Made by a program: the position numbers and the translations under genes
Origin: a virus
Direction: 5' to 3' (one strand)
Virus record (IMG/VR): IMGVR_UViG_3300009370_000014
Coordinates: 8,074-72,073 of that record
Length of the DNA: 64,000 nt
Notes under the pieces: generated by a model
What the model saw: the letters and a program-made list of their open reading frames with translations, nothing else
Databases searched by the model: none
What the model was told of the DNA's origin: nothing
Part shown: positions 51,926 to 63,361 of the stretch, in pieces
How the letters are laid out: the number at the start of each line of letters is the position of its first letter
Position numbering within the stretch: the first letter of the stretch is position 1

Positions 51926-54900
51926 CTGTGCCTATAAACAATTCTTTATCAAATTCGTATCCCCTATTAGATACTCTTTTACATAACCCTTTATGAGTTA
52001 AATCCTTTAGCATCTGAGGCAATAGTGTTCTATTGCGACCAAAGGTACCATGCTTTTTCATACCGATAATAAGCTTCTGTATATCTAAAACTACTTTATC
52101 TTTATCTGTAATATATCCTACTTCAATAGATCCTTCCTGGTATCCATGTATTGAGAAGAACTTAGTTTGAATAAGAGCTGAGATTTCACCAATAATAGAG
52201 GTCTCAGTAGACTGTTCTTTAATATTACATAAATTTCTAGATAATACTTCTAAACCTACTACTTTAGCTTCATCCATTAATTCCACTACTCTAGACTTAG
52301 GTAATTTAGCATCTGACTCCAGATAACATAAAAAAGTATTCAATCCAGTTAACATCTTGGTTATCTGGTGGTAAGATCTTTCTAACTTGTGATCCGGCAT
52401 TTCTAAATCATATAAGTCTACGTGTCTTGAATCATATGTATATTGTAACCACCTGATAAATCCAGGAGTCACATGTCTTAGATATTCCACGTTATCTTTC
52501 AACTCTTCAATAATACTTAAATCAACGTCTTGCTTCTTGAATTCAATCTGGACCATCCTAGATAAGATAGATAGTTGATTAGTAGGAATCATTTCACCTG
52601 TAACAATTAAGGCCTCATTAGATACTGAACGGCCTTTTCGGAAAGAAAGATCCTTGTTAAGACGGGATCTCCCTTGTCTGTCGTACAGGCTCTGGATAAT
52701 GAGCATGATTTTTTCCGCACTGTCTCTTTCCGGTTTAACGTCATCCAGTAAGAGTGGAGCATTATTAACATAAGATATAGCCATTTCTACGGACATAGGA
52801 GTGTCATTAGCATGAGGCCATTTTATCTCAAAAGGATCTGAGTAAAATAGGCCCATTGTTACCTGGGCAAAAGTCGATTTAAAAGACCCAGCAAGTCCTC
52901 TAAAAAAGAGAGCATGCGGAGGAGGTAGCTTTCTAAAATACGGCGTAAGCAATGAACTAAAGGCATGACCTAAAGTCAGTAAACTATTTCTTCTATTTAG
53001 GGAATTTAGATACTTCTCTATTATTAAATCTCTACTAGTTTCTAAGTCATAATATTTCAAATCCTTTAAAGTGAAGTCTACAGCATTAAAGAAGTTACCT
53101 ATTGTATGATCTGCCTTAGTTACATTAAAATCAGTGTTTACTCTGAATTCTCCGTTTTCAACTATAGTAGAAGGAGTGACATAAGACCTTGTTCCGGGAA
53201 TATATCCAACACGATCTATTCCTTTGAATACCGGTGTCTCTGCATTTGTCCTAGAAATAAGCTCGGGTAAAACTCCTTTAATCTCAGTAAGTCCTTGGAC
53301 ACCAATAGGAAATCTAGTAGTGACAAACTTAACAAAGTCCTCTGGAGTGATAAGCTTAGAACTTGGGAGACTAAAGGGATCTCCTGTTTTCTTTCCATTT
53401 AATAACACATGTCCTTCTATTTCAAACTCATCCTTATCTGGAAACTTGACGATCTTATCGTACCGCACAACGAAGTTAGTGATTGGTCGATAATGACCAT
53501 TTCCATCTTGGTCAGGTACCCACACCATATACCCTGAGTTATCAATTGAAAACGCCCCTGCCCTGCCAATTCTAACAGATTTCTGACGCTTAGTTTTTCG
53601 TTCAAGTGCGGCTCTAAGTCTCTGATAGCCTAGTTGAGGATCTGAAATTCTTTGTTGAAGCTCACTAGCATATTCATCTCTCATTAGATCTGATAAACCA
53701 TAATCATTTGCAAGATCAACCACTAAGTTAATCCCTTTGATTCTAAGATTAGCTGGATCCGTTTCATTTAGATTAGAGTAAGCTATGTGTCCTTCTTCTG
53801 CTAAATAAGAAGATATGGATTTCCTATCGTTTACTAGGCAATCACGTATGTCATCTGCCTTTAAATCTTTAAATAAATCCGCAGGATCAGTTCCAGGATT
53901 AGAAGCATATTGACTAGGAGTAATAACATCTACAGTCATATGATTATTAATAGAGGATTTAGCGCACTTCTCTACAAATGTTTTTCCTCCTGCGTCATTA
54001 TCTGGAAGTATAGTTATATGACTAATACCATGTTGTCTTATGCTATCAAAGGTTTTAGGATTGGTAGCAGCAGAGCCCGATCTGCAGACCATAGAGAAGA
54101 CATTACCATATCGTGAGAGAGCTTTGTACTGTGGTATGAGAACATCGAACTCTCCTTCAAGGAGGATAAGATCGTTGTCGGCAGCCCCATCGCTTGAAAA
54201 AGCTGTAAGTCCAAAAAATCCAATGTCTGATGCAGTTCCTTGAGGCCCACACCAAACTCTAGTTTTAGTGTCAATATCATAGAATTTAATTCCTGAGATC
54301 TCTCCAAAAGTTCTTTCGTAAATAAAGCAGAAAGACTTTTCTACTTTGAGCTTCCCAGCCTTATCTAGTAAATGAAGAGATTTTAAATCTCTTTTAGTAA
54401 ATTTATATGCTTCCAACATTTTAGAATCAAAATAACCTATATGAAAGCGATCAATCAATACAGTTACGTCTTGAATACCTCTAGTATATAAGTAATTTCG
54501 TATAGAGTGAGCTTCCTCAGAATCCGATTGTAGACGGTCTTTAATAAACTTTATAAATTTGGTATAGAGCTTCTCTCTAGAGATCATCTTCTCTATAGAA
54601 GAAATTAATCCCTTTTTTTCGTCTATATTTTTAAAATTAAGTTTACTTACTAACTCTTTTTCAACGATAAAATTAACAGCATTCTCTACATTAATAGATA
54701 CTTTAGAAGCCAGTAGAAAATCAATAGCTGTCCCTTTACCACACCCAGCCCAACAAACCCAACGATCTATTCCGTCTACTGTTCTCATCCCAAAGGAAGG
54801 ATTATTATCACTATGAAGTGGACATTTACTTTTCCCTCTTTTATTAATGAAGACCCCTGGATGGGTAACTGAAACAAGATCAACCATATTGATCTGTTTT

Positions 54901-54932
54901 AGTATGTCTTTTGGATTAAATTTAGGTCTCAA
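51870..54932 (-). CDS. DNA primase-helicase (CHC2 Zn finger + TOPRIM + C-terminal P-loop ATPase)
   Basis: CPLHSDNNPSF..CWAGCG; LLEGEFD; PDNDAGG; DPAD; GLAGSFKST; LLLDD. Confidence 0.88.
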   Translation of the reverse strand: MRPKFNPKDILKQINMVDLVSVTHPGVFINKRGKSKCPLHSDNNPSFGMRTVDGIDRWVCWAGCGKGTAIDFLLASKVSINVENAVNFIVEKELVSKLNFKNIDEKKGLISSIEKMISREKLYTKFIKFIKDRLQSDSEEAHSIRNYLYTRGIQDVTVLIDRFHIGYFDSKMLEAYKFTKRDLKSLHLLDKAGKLKVEKSFCFIYERTFGEISGIKFYDIDTKTRVWCGPQGTASDIGFFGLTAFSSDGAADNDLILLEGEFDVLIPQYKALSRYGNVFSMVCRSGSAATNPKTFDSIRQHGISHITILPDNDAGGKTFVEKCAKSSINNHMTVDVITPSQYASNPGTDPADLFKDLKADDIRDCLVNDRKSISSYLAEEGHIAYSNLNETDPANLRIKGINLVVDLANDYGLSDLMRDEYASELQQRISDPQLGYQRLRAALERKTKRQKSVRIGRAGAFSIDNSGYMVWVPDQDGNGHYRPITNFVVRYDKIVKFPDKDEFEIEGHVLLNGKKTGDPFSLPSSKLITPEDFVKFVTTRFPIGVQGLTEIKGVLPELISRTNAETPVFKGIDRVGYIPGTRSYVTPSTIVENGEFRVNTDFNVTKADHTIGNFFNAVDFTLKDLKYYDLETSRDLIIEKYLNSLNRRNSLLTLGHAFSSLLTPYFRKLPPPHALFFRGLAGSFKSTFAQVTMGLFYSDPFEIKWPHANDTPMSVEMAISYVNNAPLLLDDVKPERDSAEKIMLIIQSLYDRQGRSRLNKDLSFRKGRSVSNEALIVTGEMIPTNQLSILSRMVQIEFKKQDVDLSIIEELKDNVEYLRHVTPGFIRWLQYTYDSRHVDLYDLEMPDHKLERSYHQITKMLTGLNTFLCYLESDAKLPKSRVVELMDEAKVVGLEVLSRNLCNIKEQSTETSIIGEISALIQTKFFSIHGYQEGSIEVGYITDKDKVVLDIQKLIIGMKKHGTFGRNRTLLPQMLKDLTHKGLCKRVSNRGYEFDKELFIGTDDSNTNAEPPATTSRVSE

Positions 54933-54981
54933 GATGCAACACCTTTCGGGAACCTAGGAAAACCCAGGTCCCCTTTTGGCT

Positions 54982-55752
54982 TTATACGATATTAGAAGGA
55001 GGAGCTTTTTCCACTGACTCAGTCTTATGATGTCGAGTGGTAAATCCACGGACAACTTCCAGATACTTTTTCTGGATAAATTTTAGTGCAGGGAATAATG
55101 CAGGATCTGTTAGGAAAGTTCCTTTTTTAATAGGAACATAAAAGCGTCTTTTATTCTTAGTTTCTTGTTTAGTAGCTAGAGTAAAAGTTGTCTCATAAAC
55201 AGCTTTTGAGTTTCGTTTAGTAAGCTTGGCAATATCTTTACCTAATCTTGCTCCTGATCTAGAAAACTTTAGCACAAAAGGAGTACTCTTAAAATCTGAA
55301 GGAACAAACAATACATTTAAAGCTTTAGTGCAAGCAGGAGGTTTTTTACCTTCCCATTTACTGAACTGACAATTTTCACATTTCTTTGAAAATTTTGTAG
55401 GATCAATAGGAGTAATCCCATCTGGTGACTTACAAACAGGACTAGAAGTGTCCTGTACAAAATAAGCTCTATCTCCCCACATAACTAAGGGAATTAAATC
55501 TATCTCATTACCTAAAGCTAGATCTTCTAAGAAGAAGTCTCCATACTTGATATCTTTAAAGGGCCCTTCTCCAACATCAATACTTGTAGTTGAGCTCTGT
55601 AAAATACTACAATACTGTAACTCTATACCGAACTCATCATCTAAAAGATCACCTTCTTTTTTTCCGCCTGCTGAGAAAAAGGATTCTACCCTGGCTAGTA
55701 ATTCAGTATCTTCGATTTCAAGTTTTGCAATTTCAAACGTCTTTTCTGACAT
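54982..55752 (-). CDS. putative ssDNA-binding / replication accessory protein
   Basis: PVCKSPDG..CENCQFSKW..PPAC Zn motif; directly upstream of primase. Confidence 0.45.
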   Translation of the reverse strand: MSEKTFEIAKLEIEDTELLARVESFFSAGGKKEGDLLDDEFGIELQYCSILQSSTTSIDVGEGPFKDIKYGDFFLEDLALGNEIDLIPLVMWGDRAYFVQDTSSPVCKSPDGITPIDPTKFSKKCENCQFSKWEGKKPPACTKALNVLFVPSDFKSTPFVLKFSRSGARLGKDIAKLTKRNSKAVYETTFTLATKQETKNKRRFYVPIKKGTFLTDPALFPALKFIQKKYLEVVRGFTTRHHKTESVEKAPPSNIV

Positions 55753-57021
55753 TAAGTTTCTCCATTAGTTTAATAGCATCTATATGCTTCTTATTTTGGT
55801 TTATAGAATAAAGAATATCTCCACTACAACACCTATTAGGAATTTCAGAATAGGTGAGAGGGCGAGTATCTCCTTCCTTGAAGAAGAGCTCCTTTTGATA
55901 AGGAAAGTTAACTTCTTCGAATTTAGGGATAAACCTTATCTTTACGACAAATTTTTTCTTAAGTACGTATAATTTTTTTCGCTTGTCTCTTTTAGTTCCA
56001 ATAGATAGTAGCTCACCTCTGCACCCTATTAAAGTAGAGTCAAATTCTTCTTTAATTAATTCAGATACAGGTAAGTATAACTCCTTTATAATTAAGGGGT
56101 TAGCTTTGACCTTTTCCATGAAACTAGGGCAAGTTCCATTGAAGCCAAGTTCACAATTATAACACACTAAACAAATGCAATCCCAGTTTTTAAGTTGAGG
56201 GCAAAAGATAGCAGTATTTGAAGCTAAACCTTTAGTTTTACATTTACTGGCAAAAGAAAAATTATTCGAATCCGGATATCTTCTAACTGGTTCTACCATT
56301 AGACTTCCATTTTCTGATCTTTGCTAAATAGGGTGTATGCCTCAGCATAGTCTACATTTTGTAAAGTAGATACTTCTCTATCAGTGAATAGCTGCGCATT
56401 AAATGTTAACCGAGGAGAACACATTTGAGTTACCTGATTATTATTTTTATAAATCTCACACTTGCCAGCAAGCTTACTTAATACAAACTTACATAAACGA
56501 CAAGGACTTTCATATAGTACGCCCTCTACTATTAATCCCATGTTATGGCTATTAGCTAGGAGAATCGAATAAAATTTACTTGCCTGATTTAAACTAGCGT
56601 TTTTAAGATTTCTACTATTCACTAAGACCATTACTTCTGGGCTAAGACCCCACTCTTTAATATTAGATCTATAGTCTCCTATTGAAGGAACAAAAGGAAC
56701 TACAGTGTACATAGCTAGTACATCATCTCTAATTAGTTTAATACCTGAATTTATCAGTTTAATATTGGCTGCTAATTTAGAAGTAGCAGGGGACCATCTA
56801 CTATAAGGGAAAGAAAGTATTTCACTTAAATCAGTACCTGACATAAATTGATAAAAGTTGGCTATCTTTGTCCAGTCTACTTTAGATAATACATAGGCAT
56901 TCTTAAAAAGTTTTTTAACATTAGCTAAATCTTTAACTAGGTAAATATCTCTAGGTGCACTATCTACGGTACATCTTATTTTGAATATAGAGTTTTCAGT
57001 TATAGATTTCAAGAAATCTCC

Positions 57022-58305
57022 TCAGTATGCATTATCATATGAAATTTCAATATGAGTACCATAAGTTACAGGAGCCTTATATCCTTTAGGGGTTATCCAT
57101 GCTAAAGTATAGTCAGGTTCAATCTTAGGAGCATTGCCATACCCATCTGTGAAATATAATACGATATCGGGATTAAGATTTTCTTCCCCCCATTCTAACG
57201 GTTTTACAAAATCAGTCCCTCCTCGACCATGTATGTTAAAGTTAAAATCTCCTATATTCTTTAAACGATAGTGATTTTTAACCTGTGTATCTGCTTCTAC
57301 TACCCAAATATAAACGTTCTTATAATGATCCAATAGAGAACACAGAATTCCAGCTGCAGCTTTAAGATCTGTTGAGGAAATAGATCCAGAAGTATCAATA
57401 AAAAAAGCAATCTTATAAGATCTTTCAATTACTTTACCAGGGAATTTAGAAACTTCAGCAGGAAGTCCCCAATATCTACGGTTAGATCTCATAATAGATC
57501 TTTTCTTAAATGCAGGCATTCCAGATCTAACTGTAGAATATAGAATCTCAGCCCAACTTACTTGACCTTCCACATCTAAATAACCTGAAATTAGTTCCTT
57601 TAAATATCCTGGAATATCTCCCTGCATACGTTCATGCTGCTTGACACAGTCTTGCACATAGTCAGGGAGATTCATCTCTTGCTTAGCATTGCACTTTGTC
57701 ATAGCCTTAGCGCTAGCCTCTACTAACTTGCCATCAACCAACATCTGCCCCCACATATGATTAGTGATAGCTCGTTCTTCAAACTCTTCCTCTACCTCGT
57801 CTTTAATGGCAAGAGCATAGACTTCCATAGAACGGTCAGGTTTAAATTTTTTAGCGATAGGGGAAGGACTATCCGGGTGAGGCATCCAAGCATCAGATAT
57901 AACTTTCTTAACCACCCTTTCAGGATAATGCTTAGTTATAATGCTATTATTAGCTAAGTCCGCTGCTATATTCATAACTTTATGAGGGAGATTATTTAAT
58001 AATTTGTTATCCCAATAGCGTTGCACATGTTCTAGTAACAAATGAACCATCTCATGCTCGACAACAAATTCAAAATATTTTACGTCATCAATACTTTCAA
58101 TAAATTCCTTATTATAAACAAGCTTTATTCCTAAGAAAGTCTCAGGATCACAACAAACTCCCATAGTTTCACACACTGAACTATCTACCTCTTCTCGGGT
58201 AATGCCAGCTACTACAGAAGCATAAAAACTCTTTGTAAACAATAATCTAGATATGGCTTCTTCGATATCTCTTATTTTAGGTTTAACTTTATCTATCAGG
58301 CCCAT
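57022..58305 (-). CDS. metallopeptidase-like + vWA protein (DUF2201-like)
   Basis: EHEMVH, NIAADLANN, FIDTSGSIS, GRGGTDF, YFTDGYG. Confidence 0.88.
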   Translation of the reverse strand: MGLIDKVKPKIRDIEEAISRLLFTKSFYASVVAGITREEVDSSVCETMGVCCDPETFLGIKLVYNKEFIESIDDVKYFEFVVEHEMVHLLLEHVQRYWDNKLLNNLPHKVMNIAADLANNSIITKHYPERVVKKVISDAWMPHPDSPSPIAKKFKPDRSMEVYALAIKDEVEEEFEERAITNHMWGQMLVDGKLVEASAKAMTKCNAKQEMNLPDYVQDCVKQHERMQGDIPGYLKELISGYLDVEGQVSWAEILYSTVRSGMPAFKKRSIMRSNRRYWGLPAEVSKFPGKVIERSYKIAFFIDTSGSISSTDLKAAAGILCSLLDHYKNVYIWVVEADTQVKNHYRLKNIGDFNFNIHGRGGTDFVKPLEWGEENLNPDIVLYFTDGYGNAPKIEPDYTLAWITPKGYKAPVTYGTHIEISYDNAY

Positions 58306-59005
58306 TGAATGCCCTCTCTAGAAGATCTTCTTCTAAGTATCTAATAAAACGTTTCATAGTCATAGGCTGTAAAAGAGTCATTAAGCCATAGAGCTCGTGT
58401 CGCCTAGTGGGCTTTTCTGCTTTCTTATCAAACAATGCTTTCATTGTCATAGGACGTAAAATTAGCCCAGTCTCATTCCACTCTACGAAGGAGTAACTAG
58501 GAACTATTTCAGGAAAGTCTCCATCTTCTCCTAATAAATTAAGACAACATTCAATCATATCTTCGATATACTCGAATGTCCCTTTCCCAGTCTCCATATA
58601 TTTTTTGATAAAAGGAGAAAGGATAACTTCTACGTCTCCTTTTTTCATGATATTTTCTCCATTATATAATCCTGCAAAGTACCTTTAATGTCTATTAACT
58701 TAGACTCTTCAAATACTACTAGTAAAGAAACAATAATGCCTTGGGCTGTTACTTCCTTTTCAGGAACACTTTGTTTTATAAAGGATACTGTTGTCCCATT
58801 ACAGGATATTATCTTACAATAGTCCATATACAAAAGAGGGATTTCCAAATCCTTACATACTTTTTGAAGTACATTGGGAATTATTTTATTAACCCTGTTT
58901 CTTTTCTTAGGATCAAATAACAAACTTAATAAGAGTTCATCGAGTTCTATATTCTCCATTCAAATCACCTTTCAATATTGTATAATAGAAGTAGGAGGAC
59001 TACCC

Positions 59006-59986
59006 ATGGATCATTACCACGACAGTTGTCATACAGAGTTAATTAAAATAGCGGTAGATATAAATTTACCTGAGTATGTTAAGGAAAAAGATTTAGATGC
59101 AACTGATCTGAAAAAGCTCTCTTCTTATGACTTTGCTTTTCCAGAAGCAAGATATTTTCCAATCCATACTAAAGAAGATGTTATTCTTAGCTCGGCTTTT
59201 TTCCTAACTAAGAAAGCAGAATTTGGAAAATACCAGAATTCTATCTATGATAGATTACGTTCAGCGTGTATATCCTATAACATACTAGATGATTTTAATA
59301 ACTTAGAGAACTTTGAAAAACAAGCAAATGTAAAGGAGTATGCTCTACCTGAGTTAAAGAAGTTCCCTATAAACACTGAAGCTGAGGTTGAAAAAGCAGC
59401 CAGTTGGTTGTATAAACAAAAAGATTCATTCCCAGAGGATCTATATTTTAAAGTAAAAGATAGAATTGAGAAGAAAGCTTCAGAATTAAAAAGAACCTCC
59501 GTACACTTTGGAATTCCAGGTCTATTGGATCTCAAAAAAGCTGCTGAGTATATGACCCATAGAGCTAAGAAAACTTCCAATCCAATGCTTAAAGAAGCTA
59601 TGGCTAAAATTACAAAAGCTATGATCCTCTCTCAGCAGGACGGTTCCTCTGACCAATCTACCATTAAAAAAATCTCTGAGTTCATTGATAGATTTGATAG
59701 ACTTACTGGCATTAATAAGAGAGGTTCTTACCTTTCAGGTAGAGAAGCAATTACTAGGAGTTCTCTATTTGAGAAGCAAGCAAGCGCTTCCTTGATTATT
59801 GATGGTCATAAGTACACTTCTTCTGATCTTGAAAAAGTCTCTTTAGCTAAATTAAGGGATGGACTCGGAGACTCATTTGTAAATGCTATATCCTCATCCT
59901 CCGGTGATCTAGATTTAGAAAAGTTTGCGGAGATAGCAAACACCTTACCTTTACCTGATAAGAAGATACTAGCGATGTATCTTTAG
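59006..59986 (+). CDS. hypothetical protein, possibly head/virion-associated
   Basis: Start reassigned to ATG 59006 (AGGAGG RBS, TATAAT at 58981); internal duplication FAFPEARYFPIHT / YALPELKKFPINT; repeated EKQA/EKKA motifs. Confidence 0.6.
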   Translation: MDHYHDSCHTELIKIAVDINLPEYVKEKDLDATDLKKLSSYDFAFPEARYFPIHTKEDVILSSAFFLTKKAEFGKYQNSIYDRLRSACISYNILDDFNNLENFEKQANVKEYALPELKKFPINTEAEVEKAASWLYKQKDSFPEDLYFKVKDRIEKKASELKRTSVHFGIPGLLDLKKAAEYMTHRAKKTSNPMLKEAMAKITKAMILSQQDGSSDQSTIKKISEFIDRFDRLTGINKRGSYLSGREAITRSSLFEKQASASLIIDGHKYTSSDLEKVSLAKLRDGLGDSFVNAISSSSGDLDLEKFAEIANTLPLPDKKILAMYL

Positions 59987-59997
59987 GATTTTTCATC

Positions 59998-60606
59998 ATG
60001 AAAGTTAAACCTGACTCCATAGTAGCTGAGGCTTTTACTGACGAGAAGACTACAGCTTTTATATTACATACTGTATGCTTGAACAAGTACGGCATCGAAT
60101 GTTTGGACTGGGAACCTGAAACTTTATGGTTAGAGATATATGAAGATTTTCATATTGATGTAGAAGAGTCTAATAAAGATAAACTACAAGCAAGCATCAC
60201 ATTAGTTAAAACAAATGTCTTCTATGAAGATTTTCAGGCTTTTGAAGGGATAGGTAAAGCCTTTAATGGACAGGATCCTGACTTTGAATATATTACCCCT
60301 TTAACCCCAGAAGAGTGTGCTTGGACAGTTAAAGAAGCTAGACTTATAGACTCTACTCCAGAGGAATTTAGTCTTGAAATAAAAGCCTACGTGAGGGAAG
60401 TTCTGAGAGAGCATGGACTTATGACTGCTCCACCAGAACTTTCCTTCAGTAGTCTAGGGGAATTTTATAAGCTCGATCACTATGTACCGCTAGAGTTAAG
60501 AAAACCTGTAATGGCGGAACAAAAGATTAAGCTTAAGAAAATACAACTTTACGACCAATTCAAAAAGGATCGCATAGAACGAGACTTAAAGCGTTACTTT
60601 AGTTAG
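59998..60606 (+). CDS. hypothetical protein, co-transcribed with 59006-59986
   Basis: 202-aa ORF, 11 bp after upstream stop. Confidence 0.6.
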   Translation: MKVKPDSIVAEAFTDEKTTAFILHTVCLNKYGIECLDWEPETLWLEIYEDFHIDVEESNKDKLQASITLVKTNVFYEDFQAFEGIGKAFNGQDPDFEYITPLTPEECAWTVKEARLIDSTPEEFSLEIKAYVREVLREHGLMTAPPELSFSSLGEFYKLDHYVPLELRKPVMAEQKIKLKKIQLYDQFKKDRIERDLKRYFS

Positions 60607-60630
60607 TACCCCTCCTCTTCCTTACCTTGA

Positions 60631-61836
60631 TTAATTTGTGGCTTTAGCTTCATTCTCTACTGCATCGCTAGTATCTAAGAGACGAAAGACCTTATCACGA
60701 GTCTCTGCTTCCTTTAAAAGAGCTCCCTGCCAGAAGTTCTTATCATCTAGCTTATCTTGATTCTGAAATTCCTCAGCTAGCTTACGATTAAAGTGGACTG
60801 CGGTATCATCAGGTAGATCTACAAAGAATCTTCTGAAATTATTGACTTGCCTTTCAACATCCTGCCCTTTAATGTCAATCTCAAGCATAGTAAAAACAAC
60901 AGAGTTGCCCAGTTGAACTAAATAATCCAAACGTCCTTTCTTTCGAAGAGAGACTATTTCAGGAGCGACTTTACTATAATCATTGAGGATATCTCTAGGA
61001 TCAATTTGTGAATGATAGCTCTCAAAATATTTAATGAAATCTACCATAAACTTTTTGCCTACAAATCCTGCACCTAACGGAAGTAAGTCATATACGTGAT
61101 CTTCAGGACCCATTACATTTATTATATCTGAGATAGTTTCCCAGGCAGCAGGATTAGAAAATACCTTACCAGCTTGAAGAGAAGTTTCATTCAAGATTTT
61201 ATCGTTATTCTTCATAAGATACTCAATAACTGAAGGATGATACTTATTCCTCTTAGCGTATTGAATAAATCCATGAACATCTAACCCAACTTCAATCCAC
61301 CCTAACCTACGACGAAGAGCGGGGGTAGGTTTAGTAGTCTGGTAATTTTTACCATCCGGATTCATAGCAGCAACAACCGACCAGTTTTCTGGAAGAGTAT
61401 AAGTACCAAGTGTTCTTGACCCAAGAAGTTCAAATAGTGCTCTCAAGACAGTACTGTCTGCTTGGTTTAATTCATCTAAGAATAGAATACCGTACCCATC
61501 TCTAGGAAGCTCTCTTAGCTTCAGAAAGTCCACAACTTTCTCTTCCATGTCTGGAATTGGAATTCCAGTAAAGTCTTCAGGAAGCTTCTGAGATGCGATC
61601 ATACAAGTTAAAGTAAAAGGCTTCCTATAAATTTCAGAAAGCAAATCTGTAGCTTGTCCCATAATAGAAGTCTTACCGATCCCAGCAGGACCAACAACAG
61701 CGAGAGGTTTCTTAGCTTTATAAGCTAGAACCACAGTCTTTATTAACTTAGTAATAGGCATCCATTCAAAGTCATGCTTAGCTGCATATGAATCTTTACC
61801 ACCTTTATTTTTAGCATTACCTGTAATATTTGACAA
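60631..61836 (-). CDS. MoxR-like AAA+ ATPase (probable partner of the vWA protein)
   Basis: GPAGIGKT, DFTGIP, ILFLDELN, VVAAMNP, PALRRR. Confidence 0.88.
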   Translation of the reverse strand: MSNITGNAKNKGGKDSYAAKHDFEWMPITKLIKTVVLAYKAKKPLAVVGPAGIGKTSIMGQATDLLSEIYRKPFTLTCMIASQKLPEDFTGIPIPDMEEKVVDFLKLRELPRDGYGILFLDELNQADSTVLRALFELLGSRTLGTYTLPENWSVVAAMNPDGKNYQTTKPTPALRRRLGWIEVGLDVHGFIQYAKRNKYHPSVIEYLMKNNDKILNETSLQAGKVFSNPAAWETISDIINVMGPEDHVYDLLPLGAGFVGKKFMVDFIKYFESYHSQIDPRDILNDYSKVAPEIVSLRKKGRLDYLVQLGNSVVFTMLEIDIKGQDVERQVNNFRRFFVDLPDDTAVHFNRKLAEEFQNQDKLDDKNFWQGALLKEAETRDKVFRLLDTSDAVENEAKATN

Positions 61837-61850
61837 TTTATTCTCCTAGA

Positions 61851-62651
61851 TTACAGTCCAGTACATGGATGCCAATTAGCACAAGATGTAGGGCTGCAAA
61901 AAGTTCCAAGTCGATTAGGGGGAAAATTCCCCTTTTGTATAGAATCATATATCCTAGCCATCATATCTAATGTAGAGTCTAAGTGAGCTTGATTTAGCTC
62001 ATAAGTTACTTTAACAACTTTAGGAGTTTTATTTTTTACGACATACTCAAAGGATCCCCCAGGTACATCTATGTTTAATCCTTCACGAGCTAACATGAAA
62101 TAGGTATTCATCTGGAGATCATAGCCCGATGATCTAGGAACATAATACTTCCCAGTAGCCTTTGATCTAGGAGGGGATTTACCGGAGGTCTTTAAGTCAC
62201 ATATATGTCCATCTTCATCTATACGATCTACTATTCCCTGGAGAGCAAAATCATAACCTGGAGGATACCAGAGTATACGTTCCTCTACATATTTAGGTTT
62301 CATTTCTTGTTTTTGGAAGAATGTATAATAAGTATCTATTAACCTATTAGCCATCTTTTCCTGCTCCATCATAACTTCGACAGTATCTGTGACTCTATCT
62401 AACTTAGATTCCCAATAGATTTTAGCTTTATCTTTTACGTATGTAAGATCAGCGATCTTCTCGTGATCTATTAAGTAATTACACATTACCTCATGGGCCG
62501 TATGGACGGTGGATCCTACGTGAGCATAAATATTAAATGATCTTGGAATAGATTTATCTATATATATTGCTTTAAATAAAGCTGGACATCTCATGTACTG
62601 AAGAAATCTAGATATACTCATAATTTCTTTGTTAGTATCTACTACTGACAT
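61851..62651 (-). CDS. PD-(D/E)XK nuclease with four Cys (Cas4/AddB-like)
   Basis: SIS..RCP, GSTVH, VEE, GIVDRID, DLKT, Q..TY, FCSPTSCANWHPC. Confidence 0.85.
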   Translation of the reverse strand: MSVVDTNKEIMSISRFLQYMRCPALFKAIYIDKSIPRSFNIYAHVGSTVHTAHEVMCNYLIDHEKIADLTYVKDKAKIYWESKLDRVTDTVEVMMEQEKMANRLIDTYYTFFQKQEMKPKYVEERILWYPPGYDFALQGIVDRIDEDGHICDLKTSGKSPPRSKATGKYYVPRSSGYDLQMNTYFMLAREGLNIDVPGGSFEYVVKNKTPKVVKVTYELNQAHLDSTLDMMARIYDSIQKGNFPPNRLGTFCSPTSCANWHPCTGL

Positions 62652-62657
62652 TTAAAC

Positions 62658-63182
62658 TCATTCCTTTTTAATTTTGATATACTGTTTATTGAATTCATCG
62701 AGAGACATATCTTCACTAAAAAAGTATGCTTCTCCTTCTCGAGCTGCTTTTTTAGCTATTATGTCCGCTACCGAATTCCAATATATAGCTTTTTTATCTC
62801 TAGCTGAGGTATAGTCTTCTGATTTCTTATGAGCAGAGACTTTATATAAACTAATTTTTTCATTCAGCTCAGGAGCTATTAAAAGGGCACGTATCCTCTT
62901 TATTCTTGGTTGAAAAATAGTAGATCGATATTGTCCCGATATTGACATTACTGCATACTTACTATCTGAAAATAAACTTAGATTATCTAATTTAAGGTTA
63001 GCAATCACATACTTTAATGAACGTTCAATTGCTAGTAATTCAGAGTCTATACTTGTAACAAAAGAACCTAGATATTTAGCCAATAGAACTACCCTATCTT
63101 CATATAAAATTACAGAAGCAGCTCCACCATGTCCTGGGTTAGAAGGCATAGCGGAACCGTCAGTGTACACTTGAACCTTCAT
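62658..63182 (-). CDS. rnhA: ribonuclease HI
   Basis: YTDGS, NPG.GG, SELLAI, SDSKY, KVSAH, NSVADIIAK. Confidence 0.9.
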   Translation of the reverse strand: MKVQVYTDGSAMPSNPGHGGAASVILYEDRVVLLAKYLGSFVTSIDSELLAIERSLKYVIANLKLDNLSLFSDSKYAVMSISGQYRSTIFQPRIKRIRALLIAPELNEKISLYKVSAHKKSEDYTSARDKKAIYWNSVADIIAKKAAREGEAYFFSEDMSLDEFNKQYIKIKKE

Positions 63183-63360
63183 AAGGCTTTACCCATAAGT
63201 AAAATCCCTTTCCATCGTTAGGTTTGATTCTAAGCTTTCCAGTACTTTCGTCGTGAGCGTTTATTATGTCCTCTGAAGTTCTCCCACAATGAACACATTC
63301 AAGTTTTAAGAATCCATTGCAGAAATAATGAGGACAGTTACTCTTTATTTGGATTATCAT
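63160..63360 (-). CDS. small Cys/His protein (66 aa), paralog of 63362-63535
   Basis: MIIQIKSNCPH...CVHCGRT...GFYLWV; start reassigned to 63360. Confidence 0.55.
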   Translation of the reverse strand: MIIQIKSNCPHYFCNGFLKLECVHCGRTSEDIINAHDESTGKLRIKPNDGKGFYLWVKPYEGSSVH

Positions 63361-63361
63361 T

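Noticed and set aside
3427-60095. Many short ORFs nested antisense or out of frame in long genes (e.g. 3427, 5526, 16400, 42110, 49478, 53224, 59275)
   Set aside because: Shadow ORFs without RBS or motifs, overlapping well-supported genes.
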